DNA from: Nemertoderma westbladi
Lineage: Eukaryota; Animalia; Xenacoelomorpha
Assembly (NCBI GenBank): GCA_032718475.1
Contig: JAUCBJ010001151.1
Location: forward strand, 25,432-89,431
Direction: 5' to 3'
DNA length: 64,000 bases
Both the position numbers and the translations under genes were made by a program. This document shows, piece by piece, positions 49,101 through 64,000 of this stretch. The notes below the pieces were generated by a model. That model was not told the DNA's origin. It saw only the letters and a program-made list of their open reading frames with translations, and searched no databases. How positions within the stretch are numbered: position 1 is the first letter of the stretch; each line of letters opens with the position of its first letter.

Positions 49101-52100
49101 TTCACCACCATGGGTGATCTTCCACAGTAAACCCTTCCACTCTGTTTCCTAAAGGAATACCTGTTCACCACCATGGGTGATCTTTCACAGTAAACCCTTC
49201 CACTCTGTTTCCTAAAGGAATGCCTGTTCACCACCATGGGTGATCTTCCACAGTAAACCACCATCCACTCTGTTTCCCAAAGGAATGCCTGTTCACCACC
49301 ATGGGTGATCTTCCACAGTAAACCCTTCCACTCTGTTTCCTAAAGGAATACCTGTTCACCACCATGGGTGATCTTCCACAGTAAACCCTTCCACTCTGTT
49401 TCCTAAAGGAATGCCTGTTCACCACCATGGGTGATCTTCCACAGTAAACCACCATCCACTCTGTTTCCCAAAGGAATGCCTGTTCACCACCATGGGTGAT
49501 CTTCCACAGTAAACCCTTCCACTCTGTTTTCTAAAGGAATGCCTGTTCACTACCATGGGTGATCTTCCACAGTAAACCCTTCCACTCTGTTTCCTAAAGG
49601 AATACCTGTTCACTACCATGGGTGATCGTCCACAGTAAACCCTTCCACTCGGTTTCCTAAAGGAATACCTGTTCGCCACCATGGGTGATCGTCCACAGTA
49701 AACCCTTCCACTCGGTTTCCTAAAGGAATGCCTGTTCCCCACCATGGGTGATCTTCCACAGTAAACCCTTCCACTCTGTTTCCTATAGGAATGCCTGTAC
49801 ACTACCATGGGTGATCTTCCACAGTAAATCCTTCCACTCTGTGTCCTAAAGGAATGTCTGTTCACCACCATGGATGATCTTCCACAGTAAACCCATCCAC
49901 TCAGGTTTCCTAAAGGAATGCCTGTTCACCATCATGGGTGATCTTCCACAGTAAACGCTTCCACTCTGTTTCCCAAAGGAATGCCTGTTCACCACCATGG
50001 ATGATCTTCCACAGTAAACCCTTCCACTCTGTTTCCTATAGGGATGCCTGTACACTACCATGGGTGATCTTCCACAGTAAATCCTTCCACTCTGTGTCCT
50101 AAAGGAATGTCTGTTCACCACCATGGATGATCTTCCACAGTAAAGCCATCCACTCTGTTTCCTAAAGGAATGCCTGTTCACCACCATGGGTGATCTTCCA
50201 CAGTAAACGCTTCCACTCTGTTTCCTAAAGGAATACCTGTTCACCACCATGGGTGATCTTCCACAGTAAACGCTTCCACTCTGTTTCCTAAAGGAATACC
50301 TGTTCACCACCATGGGTGATCTTCCAGTCTTCCACTCTGTTTCCCCAAAGGAATGCCTGTTCACCACCATGGGTGATCTTCCACAGTAAACCCTTCCACT
50401 CTGTTTCCTAAAGGAATACCTGTTCACCACCATGGGTGATCTTTCACAGTAAACCCTTCCACTCTGTTTCCTAAAGGAATGCCTGTTCACCACCATGGGT
50501 GATCATCCACAGTAAACCACCATCCACTCTGTTTCCCAAAGGAATGCCTGTTCACCACCATGGGTGATCTTCCACAGTAAACCCTTCCACTCTGTTTCCT
50601 AAAGGAATACCTGTTCACCACCATGGGTGATCTTCCACAGTAAACCCTTCCACTCTGTTTCCTAAAGGAATGCCTGTACACTACCATGGGTGATCTTCCA
50701 CAGTAAATCCTTCCACTCTGTGTCCTAAAGGAATGTCTGTTCACCACCATGGATGATCTTCCACAGTAAACCCATCCACTCTGTTTCCTAAAGGAATGCC
50801 TGTTCACCATCATGGGTGATCTTCCACAGTAAACGCTTCCACTCTGTTTCCCAAAGGAATACCTGTTCGCCACCATGGGTGATCGTCCACAGTAAACCCT
50901 TCCACTCGGTTTCCTAAAGGAATGCCTGTTCCCCACCATGGGTGATCTTCCACAGTAAACCCTTCCACTCTGTTTCCTATAGGAATGCCTGTACACTACC
51001 ATGGGTGATCTTCCACAGTAAATCCTTCCACTCTGTGTCCTAAAGGAATGTCTGTTCACCACCATGGATGATCTTCCACAGTAAACCCATCCACTCAGGT
51101 TTCCTAAAGGAATGCCTGTTCACCATCATGGGTGATCTTCCACAGTAAACGCTTCCACTCTGTTTCCCAAAGGAATGCCTGTTCACCACCATGGATGATC
51201 GTCCACAGTAAACCCTTCCACTCGGTTTCCTAAAGGAATGCCTGTTCCCCACCATGGGTGATCTTCCACAGTAAACCCTTCCACTCTGTTTCCTATAGGA
51301 ATGCCTGTACACTACCATGGGTGATCTTCCACAGTAAATCCTTCCACTCTGTGTCCTAAAGGAATGTCTGTTCACCACCATGGATGATCTTCCACAGTAA
51401 ACCCATCCACTCAGGTTTCCTAAAGGAATGCCTGTTCACCATCATGGGTGATCTTCCACAGTAAACGCTTCCACTCTGTTTCCCAAAGGAATGCCTGTTC
51501 ACCACCATGGATGATCTTCCACAGTAAACCCATCCACCCAGGTTTCCTAAAGGAATGCCTGTTCACCATCATGGGTGATCTTCCACAGTAAACGCTTCCA
51601 CTCTGTTTCCCAAAGGAATGCCTGTTCACCACCATGGATGATCTTCCACAGTAAACCCTTCCACTCTGTTTCCTAAAGGAATGCCTGTACACTACCATGG
51701 GTGATCTTCCACAGTAAATCCTTCCACTCTGTGTCCTAAAGGAATGTCTGTTCACCACCATGGATGATCTTCCACAGTAAACCCATCCACTCTGTTTCCT
51801 AAAGGAATGCCTGTACACTACCATGGGTGATCTTCCACAGTAAACCCTTTCACTCTGTTTCCTAAATGAATGCCTGTTCCCCACCATGGATGATCTTCCA
51901 CAGTAAACCCTTCCACTCTGTTTCCTAAAGGAATACCTGTACACTACCATGGGTGATCTTCCACAGTAAATCCTTCCACTCTGTGTCCTAAAGGAATGTC
52001 TGTTCACCACCATGGATGATCTTCCACAGTAAACCCATCCACTCTGTTTCCTAAAGGAATGTCTGTTCACCATCATGGGTGATCTTCAACAGTAAACGCT

Positions 52101-55100
52101 TCCACTCTGTTTCCCAAAGAAATGCCTGTTCACCACCATGGGTGATCTTCCACAGTAAACCCTTCAACTCTGTTTCCTAAAGGAATGCCTATTCACTACC
52201 ATGGGTGATCTTCCACAGTAAACCCTTCCACTCTGTTTCCTAAAGCAGTGCATGTTCACCACCATGGATGATCTCCCACAGTAAACCCTTCCACTCTGTT
52301 TCCTAAAGGAATGTCTGTTCACCACCATGGGTGATCTTCCACAGTAAACCCTTCAACTCCGTTTCTAAAGGAATGCCTGTTCACCACCATGGATAATCTT
52401 CCACAGTAAACCCTTCCACTCTGTTTCCTAAAGGAATGCCTGTACACTACCATGGGTGATCTTCCACAGTAAATCCTTCCACTCTGTGTCCTAAAGGAAT
52501 GTCTGTTCACCGACCATGGATGATCTTCCACAGTAAACCCATCCACTCTGTTTCCTAAAGGAATGCCTGTTCACCACCATGGGTGATCTTCCACAGTAAA
52601 CGCTTCCACTCTGTTTCCCAAAGGAATGCCTGTTCACCACCATGGATGATCTTCCACAGTAAACCCTTCCACTCTGTTTCCTAAAGGAATGCCTGTATAC
52701 TACCATGGGTGATCTTCCACAGTAAATCCTTCCACTCTGTGTCCTAAAGGAATGTCTGTTCACCACCATGGATGATATTCCACGGTAAACCCATCCATTC
52801 TGTTTCCTAAAGGAATGCCTGTACACTACCATGGGTGATCTTCCACAGTAAACCCTTCCACTCTGTTTCCTAAAGGAATGCCTGTTCACCACCATGGGTG
52901 ATCTTCCACAGTAAACCCTTCCACTCTGTTTCCTAAAAGAATGCCTGTACACTACCATGGGTGATCTTCCACAGTAAATCCTTTCACTCTGTGTCCTAAA
53001 GGAATGTCTGTTCACCGACCATGGATGATCTTCCACAGTAAACCCATCCACTCTGTTTCCTAAAGGAATGCCTGTTCACCACCATGGGTGATCTTCCAGA
53101 GTAAACGCTTCCACTCTGTTTCCCAAAGGAATGCCTGTTCACCACCATGGATGATCTTCCACAGTAAACCCTTCCACTCTGTTTCCTAAAGGAATGCCTG
53201 TTCACCACCATGGGTGATCTAACACAGTAAATCCTTCCACTCTGTGTCCTAAAGGAATGTCTGTTCACCACCATGGATGATCTTCCACAGTAAACCCTTC
53301 CACTCTGTTTCCTAAAGGAATGCCTGTACACTACCATGGGTGATCTTCCACAGTAAATCCTTCCACTCTGTTTCCTAAAGGAATGTCTGTTCACCACCAT
53401 GGGTGATCTTCCACAGTAAATCCTTCCACTCTGTGTCCTAAAAGAATGTCTGTTCACCACCATGGATGATCTTCCACAGTAAACCCTTCCACTCTGTTTC
53501 CTAAAGGAATGCCTGTACACTACCATGGGTGATCTTCTACAGTAAATCCTTCCACTCTGTGTCCTAAAGGAATGTCTGTTCACCACCATGGATGATCTTC
53601 CACAGTAAACCCTTCCACTCTGTTTCCTAAAGGAATGCCTGTACACTACCATGGGTTATCTTCCACAGTAAATCCTTCCACTCTGTTTCCCAAAGGAATG
53701 CCTGTTCACCACCATGGGTGATCTTCCACAGTAAACGCTTCCACTCTGTTTCCCAAAGGAATGCCTGTTCACCACCATGGGTGATCTTCCACAGTAAACG
53801 CTTCCACTCTGTTTCCTAAAGGAATGCCTGTACACTACCATGGGTGATCTTCCACAGTAAATCCTTCCACTCTGCGTCCTAAAGGAATGTCTGTTCACCA
53901 CCATGGATGATCTTCCACAGTAAACCCTTACACTCTGTTTCCTAAAGGAATGCCTGTACACTACCATGGGTGATCTTCCACAGTAAACCCTTCCACTCTG
54001 TTTCCTAAAGGAATGCCTGTACACTACCATGGGTGATCTTCCACAGTAAATCCTTCCACTCTGTGTCCTAAAGGAATGTCTGTTCATCACCATGGATGAT
54101 CTCATCTTCCACAGTAAACCCTTCCACTCTGTTTCCTAAAGGAATGCCTGTTCACCACCATGGGTGATCTTCTACAGTAAACCCCTCCACTCTGTTTCCC
54201 AAAGGAATTCCTGTTCACCACCATGGATGATCTTCCACAGTAAACTCTTCCACTCTGTTTCCTAAAGGAATGCCTGTTCACCACCATGGGTGATCTTCTA
54301 CAGTAAACCCCTCCACTCTGTTTCCCAAAGGAATGCCTGTTCACCACCATGGATGATCTTCCACAGTAAATTCTTCCACTCTGTTTCCTAAAGGAATGCC
54401 TGTTCCCCACCATGGATGATCTTCCACAGTAAACCCTTCCACTCTGTTTCCTAAAGGAATGCCTGTACACTACCATGGGTGATCTTCCACAGTAAACCCT
54501 TCCAATCTGTTTCCCATAGGAATACATGTTCCCAACCATGTGTGATCTTCCACAGTAAACCCTTCCACTCTGTATCCTAAAGGAATGCCTGTTCACTACC
54601 ATGGGTGATCTTCCACAGTAAACCCTTCCACTCTGTTTCCTAAAGGAATGCCTGTTCACCATCATGGGTGATCTTCCACAGTAAACGCTTCCACTCTGTT
54701 TCCCAAAGGAATGCCTGTTCACCACCATGGATGATCTTCCACAGTAAACCCATCCACCCAGGTTTCCTAAAGGAATGCCTGTTCACCATCATGGGTGATC
54801 TTCCACAGTAAACGCTTCCACTCTGTTTCCCAAAGGAATGCCTGTTCACCACCATGGATGATCTTCCACAGTAAACCCTTCCACTCTGTTTCCTAAAGGA
54901 ATGCCTGTACACTACCATGGGTGATCTTCCACAGTAAATCCTTCCACTCTGTGTCCTAAAGGAATGTCTGTTCACCACCATGGATGATCTTCCACAGTAA
55001 ACCCATCCACTCTGTTTCCTAAAGGAATGCCTGTACACTACCATGGGTGATCTTCCACAGTAAACCCTTCCACTCTGTTTCCTAAAGGAATGCCTGTTCA

Positions 55101-58100
55101 CCACCATGGATGATCTTCCACAGTAAACCCTTCCACTCTGTTTCCTAAAGGAATACCTGTACACTACCATGGGTGATCTTCCACAGTAAATCCTTCCACT
55201 CTGTGTCCTAAAGGAATGCCTGTTCACCACCATGGATGATCTTCCACAGTAAACCCATCCACTCTGTTTCCTAAAGGAATGTCTGTTCACCATCATGGGT
55301 GATCTTCCACAGTAAACGCTTCCACTCTGTTTCCCAAAGGAATGCCTGTTCACCACCATGGGTGATCTTCCACAGTAAACCCTTCCACTCTGTTTCCTAA
55401 AGGAATGCCTGTTCACTACCATGGGTGATCTTCCACAGTAAACCCTTCCACTCTGTTTCCTAAAGGAATGCCTGTTCACCACCATGGGTGATCTCCCACA
55501 GTAAACCCTTCCACTCTGTTTCCTAAAGGAATGTCTGTTCACCACCATGGGTGATCTTCCACAGTAAACCCTTCCACTCCGTTTCCTAAAGGAATGCCTG
55601 TTCACTACCATGGGTGATCTTCCACAGTAAACCCTTCCACTCTGTTTCCTAAAGGAATGCCTGTACACTACCATGGGTGATCTTCCACAGTAAATCCTTC
55701 CACTCTGTGTCCTAAAGGAATGTCTGTTCACCACCATGGATGATCTTCCACAGTAAACCCATCCACTCTGTTTCCTAAAGGAATGCCTGTTCACCACCAT
55801 GGGTGATCTTCCACAGTAAACGCTTCCACTCTGTTTCCCAAAGGAATGCCTGTTCACCACCATGGATGATCTTCCACAGTAAACCCTTCCACTCTGTTTC
55901 CTAAAGGAATGCCTGTTCACCATCATGGGTGATCTTCCACAGTAAACGCTTCCACTCTGTTTCCCAAAGGAATGCTGTTCACCACCATGGGTGATCTTCC
56001 ACAGTAAACCCTTCCACTCGGTTTCCTAAAGGAATGCCTGTTCACCATCATGGGTGATCTTCCACAGTAAACCCCTCCACTCTGTTTCCCAAAGGAATGC
56101 CTGTTCACCACCATGGATGATCTTCCACAGTAAATTCTTCCACTCTGTTTCCTAAAGGAATGCCTGTTCCCCACCATGGATGATCTTCCACAGTAAACCC
56201 TTCCACTCTGTTTCCTAAAGGAATGCCTGTACACTACCATGGGTGATCTTCCACAGTAAACCCTTCCAATCTGTTTCCCATAGGAATACATGTTCCCAAC
56301 CATGTGTGATCTTCCACAGTAAACCCTTCCACTCTGTATCCTAAAGGAATGCCTGTTCACTACCATGGGTGATCTTCCACAGTAAACCCTTCCACTCTGT
56401 TTCCTAAAGGAATGCCTGTTCACCATCATGGGTGATCTTCCACAATAAACGCTTCCACTCTGTTTCCTAAAGGAATACCTGTTCACCACCATGGGTGATC
56501 TTCCACAGTCTTCCACTCTGTTTCCCAAAGGAATGCCTGTTCACCACCATGGGTGATCTTCCACAGTAAACCCTTCCACTCTGTTTCCTAAAGGAATACC
56601 TGTTCACCACCATGGGTGATCTTTCACAGTAAACCCTTCCACTCTGTTTCCTAAAGGAATGCCTGTTCACCACCATGGGTGATCTTCCACAGTAAACCAC
56701 CATCCACTCTGTTTCCCAAAGGAATGCCTGTTCACCACCATGGGTGATCTTCCACAGTAAACCCTTCCACTCTGTTTCCTAAAGGAATACCTGTTCACCA
56801 CCATGGGTGATCTTCCACAGTAAACCCTTCCACTCTGTTTCCTAAAGGAATGCCTGTTCACCACCATGGGTGATCTTCCACAGTAAACCACCATCCACTC
56901 TGTTTCCCAAAGGAATGCCTGTTCACCACCATGGGTGATCTTCCACAGTAAACCCTTCCACTCTGTTTTCTAAAGGAATGCCTGTTCACTACCATGGGTG
57001 ATCTTCCACAGTAAACCCTTCCACTCTGTTTCCTAAAGGAATACCTGTTCACTACCATGGGTGATCGTCCACAGTAAACCCTTCCACTCGGTTTCCTAAA
57101 GGAATACCTGTTCGCCACCATGGGTGATCGTCCACAGTAAACCCTTCCACTCGGTTTCCTAAAGGAATGCCTGTTCCCCACCATGGGTGATCTTCCACAG
57201 TAAACCCTTCCACTCTGTTTCCTATAGGAATGCCTGTACACTACCATGGGTGATCTTCCACAGTAAATCCTTCCACTCTGTGTCCTAAAGGAATGTCTGT
57301 TCACCACCATGGATGATCTTCCACAGTAAACCCATCCACTCAGGTTTCCTAAAGGAATGCCTGTTCACCATCATGGGTGATCTTCCACAGTAAACGCTTC
57401 CACTCTGTTTCCCAAAGGAATGCCTGTTCACCACCATGGATGATCTTCCACAGTAAACCCTTCCACTCTGTTTCCTATAGGGATGCCTGTACACTACCAT
57501 GGGTGATCTTCCACAGTAAATCCTTCCACTCTGTGTCCTAAAGGAATGTCTGTTCACCACCATGGATGATCTTCCACAGTAAAGCCATCCACTCTGTTTC
57601 CTAAAGGAATGCCTGTTCACCACCATGGGTGATCTTCCACAGTAAACGCTTCCACTCTGTTTCCTAAAGGAATACCTGTTCACCACCATGGGTGATCTTC
57701 CACAGTAAACGCTTCCACTCTGTTTCCTAAAGGAATACCTGTTCACCACCATGGGTGATCTTCCAGTCTTCCACTCTGTTTCCCCAAAGGAATGCCTGTT
57801 CACCACCATGGGTGATCTTCCACAGTAAACCCTTCCACTCTGTTTCCTAAAGGAATACCTGTTCACCACCATGGGTGATCTTTCACAGTAAACCCTTCCA
57901 CTCTGTTTCCTAAAGGAATGCCTGTTCACCACCATGGGTGATCATCCACAGTAAACCACCATCCACTCTGTTTCCCAAAGGAATGCCTGTTCACCACCAT
58001 GGGTGATCTTCCACAGTAAACCCTTCCACTCTGTTTCCTAAAGGAATACCTGTTCACCACCATGGGTGATCTTCCACAGTAAACCCTTCCACTCTGTTTC

Positions 58101-61100
58101 CTAAAGGAATGCCTGTACACTACCATGGGTGATCTTCCACAGTAAATCCTTCCACTCTGTGTCCTAAAGGAATGTCTGTTCACCACCATGGATGATCTTC
58201 CACAGTAAACCCATCCACTCTGTTTCCTAAAGGAATGCCTGTTCACCATCATGGGTGATCTTCCACAGTAAACGCTTCCACTCTGTTTCCCAAAGGAATA
58301 CCTGTTCGCCACCATGGGTGATCGTCCACAGTAAACCCTTCCACTCGGTTTCCTAAAGGAATGCCTGTTCCCCACCATGGGTGATCTTCCACAGTAAACC
58401 CTTCCACTCTGTTTCCTATAGGAATGCCTGTACACTACCATGGGTGATCTTCCACAGTAAATCCTTCCACTCTGTGTCCTAAAGGAATGTCTGTTCACCA
58501 CCATGGATGATCTTCCACAGTAAACCCATCCACTCAGGTTTCCTAAAGGAATGCCTGTTCACCATCATGGGTGATCTTCCACAGTAAACGCTTCCACTCT
58601 GTTTCCCAAAGGAATGCCTGTTCACCACCATGGATGATCGTCCACAGTAAACCCTTCCACTCGGTTTCCTAAAGGAATGCCTGTTCCCCACCATGGGTGA
58701 TCTTCCACAGTAAACCCTTCCACTCTGTTTCCTATAGGAATGCCTGTACACTACCATGGGTGATCTTCCACAGTAAATCCTTCCACTCTGTGTCCTAAAG
58801 GAATGTCTGTTCACCACCATGGATGATCTTCCACAGTAAACCCATCCACTCAGGTTTCCTAAAGGAATGCCTGTTCACCATCATGGGTGATCTTCCACAG
58901 TAAACCCTTCCACTCTGTTTCCTAAAGGAATGCCTGTACACTACCATGGGTGATCTTCCACAGTAAATCCTTCCACTCTGTTTCCCAAAGGAATGCCTGT
59001 TCACCACCATGGATGATCTTCCACAGTAAACCCTTCCACTCTGTTTCCTAAAGGAATGCCTGTACACTACCATGGGTGATCTTCCACAGTAAATCCTTCC
59101 ACTCTGTGTCCTAAAGGAATGTCTGTTCACCACCATGGATGATCTTCCACAGTAAACCCATCCACTCTGTTTCCTAAAGGAATGCCTGTACACTACCATG
59201 GGTGATCTTCCACAGTAAACCCTTTCACTCTGTTTCCTAAATGAATGCCTGTTCCCCACCATGGATGATCTTCCACAGTAAACCCTTCCACTCTGTTTCC
59301 TAAAGGAATACCTGTACACTACCATGGGTGATCTTCCACAGTAAATCCTTCCACTCTGTGTCCTAAAGGAATGTCTGTTCACCACCATGGATGATCTTCC
59401 ACAGTAAACCCATCCACTCTGTTTCCTAAAGGAATGTCTGTTCACCATCATGGGTGATCTTCAACAGTAAACGCTTCCACTCTGTTTCCCAAAGAAATGC
59501 CTGTTCACCACCATGGGTGATCTTCCACAGTAAACCCTTCAACTCTGTTTCCTAAAGGAATGCCTATTCACTACCATGGGTGATCTTCCACAGTAAACCC
59601 TTCCACTCTGTTTCCTAAAGCAGTGCATGTTCACCACCATGGATGATCTCCCACAGTAAACCCTTCCACTCTGTTTCCTAAAGGAATGTCTGTTCACCAC
59701 CATGGGTGATCTTCCACAGTAAACCCTTCAACTCCGTTTCTAAAGGAATGCCTGTTCACCACCATGGATAATCTTCCACAGTAAACCCTTCCACTCTGTT
59801 TCCTAAAGGAATGCCTGTACACTACCATGGGTGATCTTCCACAGTAAATCCTTCCACTCTGTGTCCTAAAGGAATGTCTGTTCACCGACCATGGATGATC
59901 TTCCACAGTAAACCCATCCACTCTGTTTCCTAAAGGAATGCCTGTTCACCACCATGGGTGATCTTCCACAGTAAACGCTTCCACTCTGTTTCCCAAAGGA
60001 ATGCCTGTTCACCACCATGGATGATCGTCCACAGTAAACCCTTCCACTCGGTTTCCTAAAGGAATGCCTGTTCACCATCATGGGTGATCTTCCACAGTAA
60101 ACGCTTCCACTCTGTTTCCCAAAGGAATGTCTGTTCACCACCATGGGTGATCTTCCACAGTAAACCCTTCAACTCCGTTTCCTAAAGGAATGCCTGTTCA
60201 CCACCATGGATAATCTTCCACAGTAAACCCTTCCACTCTGTTTCCTAAAGGAATGCCTGTACACTACCATGGGTGATCTTCCACAGTAAATCCTTCCACT
60301 CTGTGTCCTAAAGGAATGTCTGTTCACCGACCATGGATGATCTTCCACAGTAAACCCATCCACTCTGTTTCCTAAAGGAATGCCTGTTCACCATCATGGG
60401 TGATCTTCCACAGTAAACGCTTCCACTCTGTTTCCCAAAGGAATGCCTGTTCACCACCATGGATGATCGTCCACAGTAAACCCTTCCACTCGGTTTCCTA
60501 AAGGAATGCCTGTTCCCCACCATGGGTGATCTTCCACAGTAAACCCTTCCACTCTGTTTCCTATAGGAATGCCTGTACACTACCATGGGTGATCTTCCAC
60601 AGTAAATCCTTCCACTCTGTGTCCTAAAGGAATGTCTGTTCACCACCATGGATGATCTTCCACAGTAAACCCATCCACTCAGGTTTCCTAAAGGAATGCC
60701 TGTTCACCATCATGGGTGATCTTCCACAGTAAACGCTTCCACTCTGTTTCCCAAAGGAATGCCTGTTCACCACCATGGATGATCTTCCACAGTAAACCCA
60801 TCCACCCAGGTTTCCTAAAGGAATGCCTGTTCACCATCATGGGTGATCTTCCACAGTAAACGCTTCCACTCTGTTTCCCAAAGGAATGCCTGTTCACCAC
60901 CATGGATGATCTTCCACAGTAAACCCTTCCACTCTGTTTCCTAAAGGAATGCCTGTACACTACCATGGGTGATCTTCCACAGTAAATCCTTCCACTCTGT
61001 GTCCTAAAGGAATGTCTGTTCACCACCATGGATGATCTTCCACAGTAAACCCATCCACTCTGTTTCCTAAAGGAATGCCTGTACACTACCATGGGTGATC

Positions 61101-64000
61101 TTCCACAGTAAACCCTTTCACTCTGTTTCCTAAATGAATGCCTGTTCCCCACCATGGATGATCTTCCACAGTAAACCCTTCCACTCTGTTTCCTAAAGGA
61201 ATACCTGTACACTACCATGGGTGATCTTCCACAGTAAATCCTTCCACTCTGTGTCCTAAAGGAATGTCTGTTCACCACCATGGATGATCTTCCACAGTAA
61301 ACCCATCCACTCTGTTTCCTAAAGGAATGTCTGTTCACCATCATGGGTGATCTTCAACAGTAAACGCTTCCACTCTGTTTCCCAAAGAAATGCCTGTTCA
61401 CCACCATGGGTGATCTTCCACAGTAAACCCTTCAACTCTGTTTCCTAAAGGAATGCCTATTCACTACCATGGGTGATCTTCCACAGTAAACCCTTCCACT
61501 CTGTTTCCTAAAGCAGTGCATGTTCACCACCATGGATGATCTCCCACAGTAAACCCTTCCACTCTGTTTCCTAAAGGAATGTCTGTTCACCACCATGGGT
61601 GATCTTCCACAGTAAACCCTTCAACTCCGTTTCTAAAGGAATGCCTGTTCACCACCATGGATAATCTTCCACAGTAAACCCTTCCACTCTGTTTCCTAAA
61701 GGAATGCCTGTACACTACCATGGGTGATCTTCCACAGTAAATCCTTCCACTCTGTGTCCTAAAGGAATGTCTGTTCACCGACCATGGATGATCTTCCACA
61801 GTAAACCCATCCACTCTGTTTCCTAAAGGAATGCCTGTTCACCACCATGGGTGATCTTCCACAGTAAACGCTTCCACTCTGTTTCCCAAAGGAATGCCTG
61901 TTCACCACCATGGATGATCTTCCACAGTAAACCCTTCCACTCTGTTTCCTAAAGGAATGCCTGTTCACCACCATGGGTGATCTTCCACAGTAAACCCTTC
62001 CACTCTGTTTCCTAAAGGAATGCCTGTATACTACCATGGGTGATCTTCCACAGTAAATCCTTCCACTCTGTGTCCTAAAGGAATGTCTGTTCACCACCAT
62101 GGATGATATTCCACGGTAAACCCATCCATTCTGTTTCCTAAAGGAATGCCTGTACACTACCATGGGTGATCTTCCACAGTAAACCCTTCCACTCTGTTTC
62201 CTAAAGGAATGCCTGTTCACCACCATGGGTGATCTTCCACAGTAAACCCTTCCACTCTGTTTCCTAAAAGAATGCCTGTACACTACCATGGGTGATCTTC
62301 CACAGTAAATCCTTTCACTCTGTGTCCTAAAGGAATGTCTGTTCACCGACCATGGATGATCTTCCACAGTAAACCCATCCACTCTGTTTCCTAAAGGAAT
62401 GCCTGTTCACCACCATGGGTGATCTTCCAGAGTAAACGCTTCCACTCTGTTTCCCAAAGGAATGCCTGTTCACCACCATGGATGATCTTCCACAGTAAAC
62501 CCTTCCACTCTGTTTCCTAAAGGAATGCCTGTTCACCACCATGGGTGATCTAACACAGTAAATCCTTCCACTCTGTGTCCTAAAGGAATGTCTGTTCACC
62601 ACCATGGATGATCTTCCACAGTAAACCCTTCCACTCTGTTTCCTAAAGGAATGCCTGTACACTACCATGGGTGATCTTCCACAGTAAATCCTTCCACTCT
62701 GTTTCCTAAAGGAATGTCTGTTCACCACCATGGGTGATCTTCCACAGTAAATCCTTCCACTCTGTGTCCTAAAAGAATGTCTGTTCACCACCATGGATGA
62801 TCTTCCACAGTAAACCCTTCCACTCTGTTTCCTAAAGGAATGCCTGTACACTACCATGGGTGATCTTCTACAGTAAATCCTTCCACTCTGTGTCCTAAAG
62901 GAATGTCTGTTCACCACCATGGATGATCTTCCACAGTAAACCCTTCCACTCTGTTTCCTAAAGGAATGCCTGTACACTACCATGGGTTATCTTCCACAGT
63001 AAATCCTTCCACTCTGTTTCCCAAAGGAATGCCTGTTCACCACCATGGGTGATCTTCCACAGTAAACGCTTCCACTCTGTTTCCCAAAGGAATGCCTGTT
63101 CACCACCATGGGTGATCTTCCACAGTAAACGCTTCCACTCTGTTTCCTAAAGGAATGCCTGTACACTACCATGGGTGATCTTCCACAGTAAATCCTTCCA
63201 CTCTGCGTCCTAAAGGAATGTCTGTTCACCACCATGGATGATCTTCCACAGTAAACCCTTACACTCTGTTTCCTAAAGGAATGCCTGTACACTACCATGG
63301 GTGATCTTCCACAGTAAACCCTTCCACTCTGTTTCCTAAAGGAATGCCTGTACACTACCATGGGTGATCTTCCACAGTAAATCCTTCCACTCTGTGTCCT
63401 AAAGGAATGTCTGTTCATCACCATGGATGATCTTCCACAGTAAACCCTTCCACTCTGTTTCCTAAAGGAATGCCTGTTCACCACCATGGGTGATCTTCTA
63501 CAGTAAACCCCTCCACTCTGTTTCCCAAAGGAATGCCTGTTCACCACCATGGATGATCTTCCACAGTAAACTCTTCCACTCTGTTTCCTAAAGGAATGCC
63601 TGTTCACCACCATGGGTGATCTTCTACAGTAAACCCCTCCACTCTGTTTCCCAAAGGAATGCCTGTTCACCACCATGGATGATCTTCCACAGTAAATTCT
63701 TCCACTCTGTTTCCTAAAGGAATGCCTGTTCCCCACCATGGATGATCTTCCACAGTAAACCCTTCCACTCTGTTTCCTAAAGGAATGCCTGTACACTACC
63801 ATGGGTGATCTTCCACAGTAAACCCTTCCAATCTGTTTCCCATAGGAATACATGTTCCCAACCATGTGTGATCTTCCACAGTAAACCCTTCCACTCTGTA
63901 TCCTAAAGGAATGCCTGTTCACTACCATGGGTGATCTTCCACAGTAAACCCTTCCACTCTTTTTCCTAAAGGAATGCCTGTTCACCATCATGGGTGATCT
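46106..64000. repeat. 63-bp satellite, at least ~284 copies, with higher-order structure; runs off the window
   Basis: Consensus CTTCCACAGTAAACCCTTCCACTCTGTTTCCTAAAGGAATGCCTGTTCACCACCATGGGTGAT with recurrent variants. Confidence 0.99.

Noticed and set aside
46098-63991. Dozens of MVVNRHSFRKQSGRVYCGRSP ORFs
   Set aside because: Translations of the 63-bp satellite, broken by indels at random; no evidence of coding constraint.
19325-64000. CRISPR-like arrays
   Set aside because: Units are head-to-tail with no unique spacers, there are no cas genes, and the context is eukaryotic.

Overview
Repeat-rich eukaryotic, almost certainly animal, genomic DNA; nothing prokaryotic and no CRISPR. Left third: two convergent BEL/Pao LTR retrotransposons. 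The + copy has an intact pol (window edge to 3779) followed by an unexplained zinc-knuckle ORF with a basic tail (5404-6851). The - copy (about 18702-8340) is decayed and interrupted by a 1115-bp foldback/MULE-like element with a 9-bp TSD. Next come a near-homogeneous 54-bp satellite (about 94 copies), a complete intronless 2704-aa neurobeachin/LRBA gene (-), several MITE-like and minisatellite pieces, a 5'-truncated RTE-type LINE, an intronless RP2/XRP2 gene (+) and, just behind it, a broken CINP-like frame missed by the ORF track. The window ends in at least 17.9 kb of 63-bp satellite with kb-scale higher-order duplications. Best leads: the accessory zinc-knuckle ORF at the env position of a BEL element, and two intronless host genes sharing a steep GC/CpG rise toward their 3' ends. 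Family assignments come from motif recognition by eye; no searches were run.
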